Assembly (NCBI GenBank): GCA_900549235.1
Contig: URNT01000011.1
Location: forward strand, 4,839 to 68,838
Length of the DNA stretch: 64,000 nucleotides
Source: an uncultured Clostridium sp.
Lineage (GTDB): Bacteria > Bacillota > Clostridia > Lachnospirales > Lachnospiraceae
Reading direction: 5' to 3'
The position numbers and the translations under genes were made by a program. The stretch's first letter is position 1; every line of letters starts with the position of its first letter. Under the pieces are notes generated by a model that was given only the letters and a program-made list of their open reading frames with translations, searched no databases and was not told where the DNA came from. This document shows positions 1 to 7,145 of the stretch, in pieces.

Positions 1-234
1 TCCTTTCCTGCGGATATAGTCAAGCACTAAATGGTAGTCCCCATATCCATAGTTCGCATTTATGAGTATCCTTAACTTTCTCTCTGCCTGTCTGGTGTTT
101 ACTTTCTCCTGCTCTTCTTTTGTTGGCTTTACCTTATCCCCTCTGCTGATACCTTTCTTTTTGTATCTGCTGGTAAAGTACCTCTCTATCTCTATCGTAT
201 TTCCTGCTTTTGTTACTCTCTCTACGTATGGCAT
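1..234 (-). CDS. Putative HUH rolling-circle replication initiator, 5' part (continues beyond window; not in ORF track)
   Basis: Open frame from ATG at 234 after RBS AGAGAGG: MPYVERVTKAGNTIEIERYFTSRYKKK...RKLRILINANYGYGDYHLVLDY; HLVLDY resembles RCR motif I; motifs II/III are outside the window. Confidence 0.55.
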   Translation of the reverse strand, partial: MPYVERVTKAGNTIEIERYFTSRYKKKGISRGDKVKPTKEEQEKVNTRQAERKLRILINANYGYGDYHLVLDYIRRKG

Positions 235-257
235 ATATCTACCTCTCTGTCGGTTCG

Positions 258-280
258 TTAATACTTTTATCAAGTGTTAA
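258..280 (-). other. Candidate double-strand origin (nick site) hairpin
   Basis: Inverted repeat TTAACACTT-GATAA-AAGTATTAA containing ACTTGATA, which matches the CTTG/ATA nick core of phiX174/pC194-type origins. Confidence 0.4.
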
Positions 281-306
281 AACGGGCTGCCTGCCCGTTA
301 AATTTC

Positions 307-335
307 TTGACTTTGTGCCATACATAGCTTATAAT
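307..335 (+). promoter_or_regulatory. Sigma70-type promoter antisense to the phage operon
   Basis: TTGACT-17 bp-TATAAT. Confidence 0.7.
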
Positions 336-341
336 TTTTAT

Positions 342-405
342 AGTATTTCAAAGCTGTATAGCTTAGCGCCTATGGTGTTTCCCCACCGTAGGCGCTTTTA
401 TTTTT
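342..405 (+). ncRNA. Putative ~60-nt counter-transcribed RNA
   Basis: Bounded by the 307-335 promoter and a hairpin at 365-396 (AGCGCCTATGGTG...CACCGTAGGCGCT) followed by a T-rich tract. Confidence 0.5.
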
Positions 406-911
406 CATGTTTCCTGCCGCTCTCTTATGTGGCTTAAGGCATACTCATAAGCCCGTCTGTACGGCTCTCTGCAATCGTAGCCCGTGCAACTATATAATTT
501 GCTGCCACTGCAAAACTCGCAGCTATGCAGCTTTGCGTAATCGCTCGCCGCCCTCTCCTGTCGCTTTTCCTCGTATTCCAGATGCTGCTTAATCTGGTTC
601 GCATCTATAACCGTAATCCCCAGCATATTTGCTGTATGTATTTCTCTGTCCATTCCCTCTGTTATGCCGTATTTCACGCCGACAATAACAAAATCGCAGC
701 CTTTCAGCAGCGCAAGCCCCGCAACCATGCCCCTTGCCCGCTCTTCCGGCTTTTTATCGTCCATGCACTGCGTCATATATAAATGCGGCGTAATGGGTGC
801 TAAGCCCGCCTCTAACGCCTGCCGTGTCAGCTGCTGCGCATAATCTATGTTTCTGTCCAGCTCTGCGCCGTCTTTCGCCCTGTATGGGCTGCATATATAA
901 ACCTTTCTCAT
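405..911 (-). CDS. DUF4406-like / nucleoside deoxyribosyltransferase-fold phage protein with Cys-rich tail
   Basis: KVYICSPY...PITPHL...CDFVIV...EGMDRE pattern. Confidence 0.6.
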   Translation of the reverse strand: MRKVYICSPYRAKDGAELDRNIDYAQQLTRQALEAGLAPITPHLYMTQCMDDKKPEERARGMVAGLALLKGCDFVIVGVKYGITEGMDREIHTANMLGITVIDANQIKQHLEYEEKRQERAASDYAKLHSCEFCSGSKLYSCTGYDCREPYRRAYEYALSHIRERQET

Positions 912-1228
912 GCCTTTTTACCCGCTTTCTGTTGTGCCTCTGCCCGTGCCTGTTCATTTCCTGCCAGATATGCTGCTAAGCACATCAGCTCGTCTGCTCC
1001 CTTTTGGTCTATAAAATTACAATCAACGCAGCATTTACAGTACCCCGTAATCTGTAAATATCTGTCGTATACTTCCTGTGGTGTCTGGCACTGCTTTAAG
1101 CTGTCCACCATGCCTGCAAGCTGCTGTATTGCCTTTATGCCTGCCTCGCCGCCCTTTCCGTGTATCCCTACTGTAATCTGCCGCATTTTTGTTGCGCCGT
1201 CTGCTCCTAAAATTGTTTTACTCTTCAT
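908..1228 (-). CDS. Phage hypothetical protein
   Basis: 106 aa ORF overlapping both neighbours in the same direction. Confidence 0.7.
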   Translation of the reverse strand: MKSKTILGADGATKMRQITVGIHGKGGEAGIKAIQQLAGMVDSLKQCQTPQEVYDRYLQITGYCKCCVDCNFIDQKGADELMCLAAYLAGNEQARAEAQQKAGKKA

Positions 1229-1946
1229 TTTCTGTCTCTTCCTTTCTTCTAATCAGCCGTACTGATACCTCGTAAGCTGTGCGCTGTTCTCTTTCTCCTG
1301 TGGCTGTGTCAAGTACCTTTTCATACTGGCGGCTCTGATACCGTCCCAGCAGCTCTACAGTGTCGCCCTGCTGCCACTGCGCAGCCTCGTCTGCCTGTTC
1401 CTGCCAGCAGATGCATGGTAAATAGCAGCTGCCGCCTGTAATCTCATTTTTTACCTTTACCGTAATATCAGTAATGTGCTTGCCTCTCGGCGTTTCTCTG
1501 TGTGTTGGCTTATTCGCTATAATGCCTCTTACTGCTACCTCGTCCTGCTCTACTGCCTTTTCTGATACCGCCACAAAATCTGCCAGAATATATACCAGCA
1601 GTCTACCGCTCTGGAAGTCCTTAAGCGTCTGCGCCTTGCCTGTCATTAAAAGCCTGCTGCCCTCTACAAATTCCTGCATAACGTCAAATTCTATACCGTT
1701 GCAAGCCTTGTATGGTACGTCCTCTGCAAATACTACCGTTACCTCGTCCGGCACGCCGCTTGGTCTTACTGTTTCCAGCTTTGCCATATAACCACAAAAC
1801 GGTAGCCCGCATAGCTGCTTAATTTCCTTAATCTGTGTAAGCGTTCCTACCAGTCCCGCTGCATTTTCCTTGATACCGCCACCTGTAAGCTCGTCCATGA
1901 TTGCAGTATCTAAATCCCGTAAAAAATCCGGCTTTTTCTTTGTCAT
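1218..1946 (-). CDS. ssb: Single-stranded DNA-binding protein (tandem OB-fold type)
   Basis: RETPRGKHITD...YLPCICW...GRYQSRQYEK...AYEVSV motifs typical of clostridial double-OB SSBs. Confidence 0.8.
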   Translation of the reverse strand: MTKKKPDFLRDLDTAIMDELTGGGIKENAAGLVGTLTQIKEIKQLCGLPFCGYMAKLETVRPSGVPDEVTVVFAEDVPYKACNGIEFDVMQEFVEGSRLLMTGKAQTLKDFQSGRLLVYILADFVAVSEKAVEQDEVAVRGIIANKPTHRETPRGKHITDITVKVKNEITGGSCYLPCICWQEQADEAAQWQQGDTVELLGRYQSRQYEKVLDTATGEREQRTAYEVSVRLIRRKEETENEE

Positions 1947-1966
1947 ACTTCCTGTCCTTTCCTTTC

Positions 1967-2266
1967 CTATATGTATATGGTGTAGTAAAGTGACATCTGC
2001 AAATCACTAAACTTATACTGTGCTGTCTGGTCTGGCTCTAATGGTTTCATAAGCCCCAGCTCTTTCCAGCGTTTGTGCGTTATCTCCGGCACTGCCCTAA
2101 ACTTCTTTACCTCATGCTCTCTGTATTTTCGGTATTCCTCGCTTATCTCATGGTCTGCAAACGGTTTGAACGCTGCCAGATACCCTACGTAAACCTCTGC
2201 TTTTCCCTCGATAATGCGCAGGCGGTCTGAACTCTCCAGCGTGCCTATAAATTCCTCTACTGTCAC
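1967..2266 (-). CDS. Phage hypothetical protein
   Basis: GTG start after RBS GGAGAGG; 99 aa. Confidence 0.7.
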   Translation of the reverse strand: MTVEEFIGTLESSDRLRIIEGKAEVYVGYLAAFKPFADHEISEEYRKYREHEVKKFRAVPEITHKRWKELGLMKPLEPDQTAQYKFSDLQMSLYYTIYI

Positions 2267-2278
2267 TGTCTGCCTCTC

Positions 2279-2620
2279 CTATTTCTCCGGCATTTCGTAC
2301 AGCCTCGGTATTACTGCTGCAAACGGCTGTACGTCCATGCCGCCCCTTACTATAGCTGCACCGCCAGCCGTAAGCAGATAGCTTACGCACGCTTTCTGTA
2401 TCTCGTCCAGAACCTCTAAGCAGCGCTCTTTTGTGGCATACTCTCCGATTTCCTCTAAACACCCGTCACTTATGCAAATTACGTGGCGCTTTTTGTCTGC
2501 CTCTGCGCCGCCTCTCTTTTTCTTTATGTCCTCGTACTCTCCATACTCTACGCAGGCGTAATTACCGCCCAGTCTATACAGCTTTTCTTTATTCTGGCTG
2601 CGTATATATACCTCGCTCAT
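2279..2620 (-). CDS. Phage hypothetical protein
   Basis: 113 aa; RBS AGGAG; IGEYATKERCLEVLDEI motif common in Firmicutes phage proteins. Confidence 0.7.
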   Translation of the reverse strand: MSEVYIRSQNKEKLYRLGGNYACVEYGEYEDIKKKRGGAEADKKRHVICISDGCLEEIGEYATKERCLEVLDEIQKACVSYLLTAGGAAIVRGGMDVQPFAAVIPRLYEMPEK

Positions 2621-2625
2621 TGCCT

Positions 2626-2868
2626 TTATCTCCTTGCCTCTAAGTTTTCCATTTCAGAAATGCAGTTTGACGGTATCAGCTCATAAGCTGCCGCCTCTAT
2701 TTCTGTAAGCGCCTCTTTGTACTCAATGTATCCCCACGCCTGCCGTGCTATCTCTGGTACGTTCTGCCGTTCCTTAAAATTTTCTATATGTAAAATCTCG
2801 TTTCCCTGCGGCTTTGGAAATGTCCCCAGTGATAACGGGCGTAAAGGGCTGTAATATTTGTGGCTCAT
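2626..2868 (-). CDS. DarA C-terminal-like (defence against restriction) small protein
   Basis: YSPLRPLSLGTFPK...WGYIEYKEALTEIEAAAYELIP pattern. Confidence 0.55.
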   Translation of the reverse strand: MSHKYYSPLRPLSLGTFPKPQGNEILHIENFKERQNVPEIARQAWGYIEYKEALTEIEAAAYELIPSNCISEMENLEARR

Positions 2869-3233
2869 TCCTCCGCCCCGCTTTCTTCTTTATGTTCTTG
2901 GTAGCCCTCTAAGTAGCCTATTGCCTCTACGTCAATGTCCTTGCCGTCTTTACCGTCGTTATTTATCCGAATTTTGCCGTAGTAGGCGTAAATACAGCAG
3001 CCGTCATAGTCATATACTCTTATGCTGCCCTCTGTGGCTGCCTCTGGTGTTTCAATAACCAGCGGCTCTGCCTGCTGCATCTGTGCTGCTACCTGTTCGT
3101 CTGTTACTGGCTCGCTGTTCTTTCCTCTGTACCAGATAGCCAGCATAAACAAAATGATTGCCAGCACGCCTGCCGCTATAATGGCTACGTACTGTATCAG
3201 TTTCTTAACTGTCTGTCGTTTTCGTTTTCTCAT
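2865..3233 (-). CDS. Phage hypothetical membrane-anchored protein
   Basis: Basic N-terminus plus one hydrophobic helix. Confidence 0.7.
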   Translation of the reverse strand: MRKRKRQTVKKLIQYVAIIAAGVLAIILFMLAIWYRGKNSEPVTDEQVAAQMQQAEPLVIETPEAATEGSIRVYDYDGCCIYAYYGKIRINNDGKDGKDIDVEAIGYLEGYQEHKEESGAEE

Positions 3234-3759
3234 TTCCCGCCTCGCTTTCCTCTATCATTGCAACCCTGCTACGCCGTTCTATCCCCGTAGCCATAAACGC
3301 TATTTTCATATCTCTTTCGTTAAATTCGTCGTAGTCTCCTACTGGTGCATCTTCTGGGAAAATCTTCTGTGCCTGTATGAAAGCGTCCATAAATGTACTT
3401 AATTCCTCATAAAATACGTTTCTGTAAAATTCAAACTCTAACTCTATTTCGATTTTCTGCGCTTTCGTGCAATATATGCCGATTTTCTGCCGCCGTCCGT
3501 ATGGCTTGTATGCTGTTCTGTCAGATTTAGCACCCATGACCTTATACATACACTGCCGCAGCAGTTTTATTTCGTGCTTTCCGTTGTAGGAAAATATCGT
3601 ATATTCATACTCTTCCTTTTGCAGTTCGTCTAAGGAATTTATACCGTTATCCTTAAGCAGCTTTGCAAGTTTCTTTTGCGCTGTCGTTTTCTCGCCGCCT
3701 ACACCCCGCTCTGCCAGTGCTTGCAGCTTTTTAATACGCTGTATTGTTTTTTCGTCCAT
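3205..3759 (-). CDS. DUF2786-like phage protein
   Basis: MDEKTIQRIKKLQALAERGVGGEKTTAQKKL N-terminus; start moved to ATG 3759. Confidence 0.65.
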   Translation of the reverse strand: MDEKTIQRIKKLQALAERGVGGEKTTAQKKLAKLLKDNGINSLDELQKEEYEYTIFSYNGKHEIKLLRQCMYKVMGAKSDRTAYKPYGRRQKIGIYCTKAQKIEIELEFEFYRNVFYEELSTFMDAFIQAQKIFPEDAPVGDYDEFNERDMKIAFMATGIERRSRVAMIEESEAGNEKTKTTDS

Positions 3760-4069
3760 GTATTGCCCTCTCTTCTGTAGCAAAATAGTAGTTGTCTACT
3801 ATCAGCATTTTTTTACTGAAAAGGCACATAAGCCCCAGTGGTACGGTAATAACCGCTATTGTTATGTCGCCCTCTGTCGCCCATACCGCCAGTACGGTAA
3901 CTGCCAGCATTGCAAGCCCGTAGGCTTTCTGCTTAATGAAATACCAGCGGCGGGCTTTCTTTGCCTGCTCCCGCTGCCGCCTCTGCTCTTTTTTTCTTTC
4001 GCAATCTGCTATGGCATCTGCATAGCCTCTCTGGTATGCGTTCTCTACTATCAATGCCTCTGCTGCCAT
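3731..4069 (-). CDS. Phage hypothetical membrane protein (2 TM)
   Basis: ATG at 4069 after AGAGAGG RBS; two C-terminal hydrophobic helices. Confidence 0.65.
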   Translation of the reverse strand: MAAEALIVENAYQRGYADAIADCERKKEQRRQREQAKKARRWYFIKQKAYGLAMLAVTVLAVWATEGDITIAVITVPLGLMCLFSKKMLIVDNYYFATEERAIHGRKNNTAY

Positions 4070-4083
4070 TCTCTGCCTCTCTT
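4061..4083. repeat. 23-bp direct repeat, copy 1
   Basis: TGCTGCCATTCTCTGCCTCTCTT; 22/23 identical to 5439-5461. Confidence 0.8.
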
Positions 4084-4304
4084 CCTTTCGGCGGCGCTCT
4101 CTGTCTTTCCATGTGTGCCGCTCTCCTGTTCTGGCGTTTGGTTTTACCGTGCGGGCTGCTTTTCGCATTAAAAAGCAACTGAAAACCTGTTGACTGTCCA
4201 CATACTTTCTGGCTGGTATGACCGCCGCTATTTTTCCACGGTATACAGATTGCAGCTATTAGCCTGCTGCCCTCTGCCGCAGGCTCGCCATGCCTGCTAC
4301 GCAA

Positions 4305-4378
4305 TGTGCCGTGTGGGATTTGAACCCACGACTTGCCGCTTATGAGGCGGCTGCTCTAACCAACTGAACTAACGGCAC
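4305..4378 (-). tRNA. tRNA with CAT anticodon, probably Ile2 (alternatively elongator Met)
   Basis: GTGCCGT/ACGGCAC acceptor stem, GCCGC-CTCATAA-GCGGC anticodon arm, TTCAAAT T-loop; no encoded CCA. Confidence 0.9.
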
Positions 4379-4397
4379 TCGTGGCGGCTGCTGCCGC

Positions 4398-5447
4398 CTA
4401 ATACGGTATGTCTAAACCGTTTTCTTTCAAAAAATCTAATATTTTTATGTACCCTAAACCTTTATTTGTTGGTATCCACATTCCCTCGTTATCGTATTCC
4501 CCGCCATTTAATACATAGTCTGCAAGCCTCTTATCTTCTTTTTCCAGCTTAATAATTCTGTCTTTGTCTTGCAGTATTCCGAAGAGGCAAAATATGCAGC
4601 CAGTTCTCTTGCAACCTGTCGTACAAAATTGACACCCTCGATAATCATTAGTAGCCTCGTATATGGTTATCTGCCCCTCTATCTGCTCCTTATCTAACTT
4701 AGGTATTATTTTTCCGTAACATTCTGCGTAGTCCAGCTCGTACTTAAATAGATACTCTAATACGTCGTTTTCGCTCCAAAATGACATAGGCGCAGACATA
4801 GGTCTTTTTAAGTCAAAAGCATTGCAGCCATGCTTTAACCATTTTTGTAATCTCAAATTGCTTTCCTCTGCCATTGTCGCCACTATAGGCAGCCTGCCCG
4901 TTTCTTTCTCGTACTGCTTTGCTGGTTTCTTTTTCATGTAATCGCAGCATTTATGCGATATTCTAAAAGGCGCATCTAATAAGAATTTATACTGTGGAAT
5001 GTTGTACTTGCTCTTATCTCCGTTTTTATCTACAGCCGTACCGTTTAATTTTGCCATTCTATATGTATAGCAATTTCCATTTTTTAGCCCTTTTCTCGCC
5101 TCTGCTATTGTTTGTGCAACCTCTTTGGATATAACCGGATAGCCATACTCTGTAATAATCTGTTTGAAATTCTTTTCTGGTCTTAAAATTATGTCTGCGT
5201 GCTTTTTCCCGCAGGCTCTTACACTTCTATGCTCTAACCCAGTGTCTATAAATACTCTTGGCAATTTTGCTCTTACAAATCGCCTTTCTATATCGTCTAA
5301 TACTCTGCTATCCTTTCCACCGCTTATGCTTAAGTATGCGTCGTTGCGGTCTATAAACGCATCTATACGCCGTGCAGTCATTCTGATTTTTGCATCAAGT
5401 GGTAAACTCTGCATCTGGTATAAATCAATTTTTGTATGTGCTGCCAT
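4398..5447 (-). CDS. Phosphoadenosine phosphosulfate reductase family protein (phage type)
   Basis: SISGGKDS PP-loop, KCCDYMKK and RTGCIFC Fe-S motifs. Confidence 0.85.
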   Translation of the reverse strand: MAAHTKIDLYQMQSLPLDAKIRMTARRIDAFIDRNDAYLSISGGKDSRVLDDIERRFVRAKLPRVFIDTGLEHRSVRACGKKHADIILRPEKNFKQIITEYGYPVISKEVAQTIAEARKGLKNGNCYTYRMAKLNGTAVDKNGDKSKYNIPQYKFLLDAPFRISHKCCDYMKKKPAKQYEKETGRLPIVATMAEESNLRLQKWLKHGCNAFDLKRPMSAPMSFWSENDVLEYLFKYELDYAECYGKIIPKLDKEQIEGQITIYEATNDYRGCQFCTTGCKRTGCIFCLFGILQDKDRIIKLEKEDKRLADYVLNGGEYDNEGMWIPTNKGLGYIKILDFLKENGLDIPY

Positions 5448-5461
5448 TTTCTGCCTCTCTT
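5439..5461. repeat. 23-bp direct repeat, copy 2
   Basis: TGCTGCCATTTTCTGCCTCTCTT. Confidence 0.8.
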
Positions 5462-5474
5462 TTGTTTCTCTGGT

Positions 5475-5669
5475 TTATAATGCCTGCTGCCCCGCTGCCG
5501 CCGTGTAGGTTTTAAGTGTGGCGTTGCAGCGTTTGAACTCCCTATAAATTGTGTCCCTATGTGTTCCCAGTACCTCTGCAATATCGCTTACACTGCTGCC
5601 CTGCTTACTCATAGCCTCTATGGTCTGCCTGTCCTCGTAATGCAGGCGCTTGTACTTTCGTTTCGCCAT
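5475..5669 (-). CDS. Stand-alone IS30-type helix-turn-helix protein
   Basis: YKRLHYEDRQTIE...IAEVLGTHRDTIYREFKR matches the N-terminal HTH of IS30 transposases; own RBS and stop. Confidence 0.8.
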   Translation of the reverse strand: MAKRKYKRLHYEDRQTIEAMSKQGSSVSDIAEVLGTHRDTIYREFKRCNATLKTYTAAAGQQAL

Positions 5670-5716
5670 GTTCTATGCTCCTTTCCGTCCTCATTTGCTT
5701 TTATGGTAAAAAAATA

Positions 5717-5747
5717 AGCGTGTCAGAGTTTTTACGCTCTGCACGCT
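5717..5747 (-). terminator. Intrinsic terminator upstream of the HTH gene
   Basis: AGCGTGCAGAG...CTCTGACACGCT hairpin followed by TATTTTTTT. Confidence 0.6.
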
Positions 5748-5769
5748 CTTCTTTTCTGCTGTTTCCTAT

Positions 5770-5815
5770 AAAAAAAGAAAATCGGCAGAGGCTTTATAAC
5801 CTCTTGTCGATTTTC
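5770..5815 (-). terminator. Intrinsic terminator overlapping the element end
   Basis: GAAAATCGACAAGAGG...CCTCTGCCGATTTTC hairpin followed by a T7 tract. Confidence 0.65.
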
Positions 5816-5830
5816 ATTCTAAAACTTATC
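5804..5830 (-). repeat. Putative IS30-family terminal inverted repeat (element end)
   Basis: GATAAGTTTTAGAATGAAAATCGACAA fits the TTnTAnAATnAAnnTnGACAA pattern recalled for IS1062/IS1252 ends; coincides with the composition shift; partner end not in window. Confidence 0.55.
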
Positions 5831-5833
5831 AAA

Positions 5834-6037
5834 TTAGTGCTGCTCATAGGACTCCATGGTACAGGCAGCCTGAGCGCAGGCACATTCCTGTTCCGCCATA
5901 TAACGGACTACCAGCTCAGCCCGGCGGCGCCCCAGTACCCCGGTGAGTTCTCTGGAAGTCAGAATCCCGTTATAATACATTTTTACAAGATCCATAGGTC
6001 CGCTCCCTACCTCCGCTACCAGCTCCAGATGTGTCAT
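5834..6037 (-). CDS. Small host hypothetical protein
   Basis: RBS AAGGGGG; 67 aa. Confidence 0.6.
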   Translation of the reverse strand: MTHLELVAEVGSGPMDLVKMYYNGILTSRELTGVLGRRRAELVVRYMAEQECACAQAACTMESYEQH

Positions 6038-6242
6038 TTTTGTATTCCCCCTTATCCCATTTTCCTTTTTCTGTAAAAAGACACAATGATACTATATGCG
6101 GGTATTTTATAAATATGACACTTCTTTTCCTGATATACCCCTTTCCTTTAAAATTTCGTAAGCTTTTCTTCAAATTGCGTCCATGAATTTCCTGTATAAT
6201 AAAAAAAGCCGGAAGCTCCGGCATACAAAAGGAGGAACCATT

Positions 6243-7055
6243 ATGGATACAAACAGAAAAATTCTGATCGGAGCCATCAGTGCTGCCGTGATCATCGGAG
6301 GCGTGGCCATCGGCCTTGTGCTGAGCCGGGGGCCGGAGACCTCGAGCCTGGCTACTATTCATACAGAAGCACCCACAGAGACGGAGCCGGAGACCTCCGC
6401 GTCTGCCACAGAGACGGAAACTGAGCCTCAGACACAGGAGGCGGCCGACAAGGTAACGGCTGAGATAGAAACCTACACAAACGGCAGCATCTCCATCCAG
6501 TACCCGGTTGTAAAGGGGATGACTGACGCCGATCAGGAGGCCAGGGTCAATGAACTCTTAAAATCCAATGCCCTTTCTGTGATCGAAGCCAACGGAGCCG
6601 ATGAGAGCACTGACACCATTTCCGTCCAGTGCACCCTGGTTTCTGTAGACAGCAAGCGGCTTACCGCCTCCTACAGCGGCTATTTAAGCTCACCAGGCGC
6701 GGCTCATCCCTTTAACCTGTTTTACACCAATACAGTAAACCTTCTTCAGGCTCAGGATATGGGCCTTGGGGACTTTACAGATGCCTATACCATGGCTGGA
6801 TATGTGCTCAGCGATGACGTGGTCTTTGAAGGGCTGGACGCAGACCAGGAAAAGGCAGTTCTCGAATACCGCTCCACCCTGGATATGGATACACTGACTG
6901 CCATTTTTGACCAGGCAGATTTTCCGCTGAAGGCAAAGGATCAGTGGCCGGAATCCTTCAGCTACGAAGCTCAGGGCTCCATCCTCTTTTCCCTTCCGGT
7001 GCCCCACGCTCTGGGTGATTATGTGATCGTATCCTTTGATCCCACTACGAAATAA
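6243..7055 (+). CDS. Membrane-anchored DUF4163/PdaC-RsiV-like domain protein
   Basis: RBS AAGGAGG before ATG 6243; TM anchor, T/E-rich linker, IQYPVV...VNELLK motif. Confidence 0.65.
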   Translation: MDTNRKILIGAISAAVIIGGVAIGLVLSRGPETSSLATIHTEAPTETEPETSASATETETEPQTQEAADKVTAEIETYTNGSISIQYPVVKGMTDADQEARVNELLKSNALSVIEANGADESTDTISVQCTLVSVDSKRLTASYSGYLSSPGAAHPFNLFYTNTVNLLQAQDMGLGDFTDAYTMAGYVLSDDVVFEGLDADQEKAVLEYRSTLDMDTLTAIFDQADFPLKAKDQWPESFSYEAQGSILFSLPVPHALGDYVIVSFDPTTK

Positions 7056-7070
7056 ATCATCCTCAGATGG

Positions 7071-7099
7071 TTGCCACCACCGGTTATTTAGGATATAAT
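7071..7099 (+). promoter_or_regulatory. upp promoter
   Basis: TTGCCA-17 bp-TATAAT. Confidence 0.6.
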
Positions 7100-7145
7100 A
7101 CTGATATAGTATTAAATATGATTCCAACAGATGAAGGAGCACTTT

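Larger units (their letters stand above)
1..5830 (-). mobile_element. End of a prophage-like element (early/replication region), truncated by the window start
   Basis: Densely packed short minus-strand ORFs of phage type (Rep, SSB, DUF2786, DarA-C-like, PAPS reductase, tRNA, HTH); visibly more AT-rich than downstream host genes; ends at an IS30-like IR. Confidence 0.85.

Noticed and set aside
4245..4304. Possible HDV-like theta ribozyme after the phage tRNA (GGCTAAT resembles J4/2)
   Set aside because: I could not build the nested P1/P2/P3/P1.1 pseudoknot; only simple hairpins are visible
5475..5669. IS30 transposase pseudogene
   Set aside because: It has a clean RBS, start and stop, and I saw no DDE remnant downstream; better read as a stand-alone HTH gene
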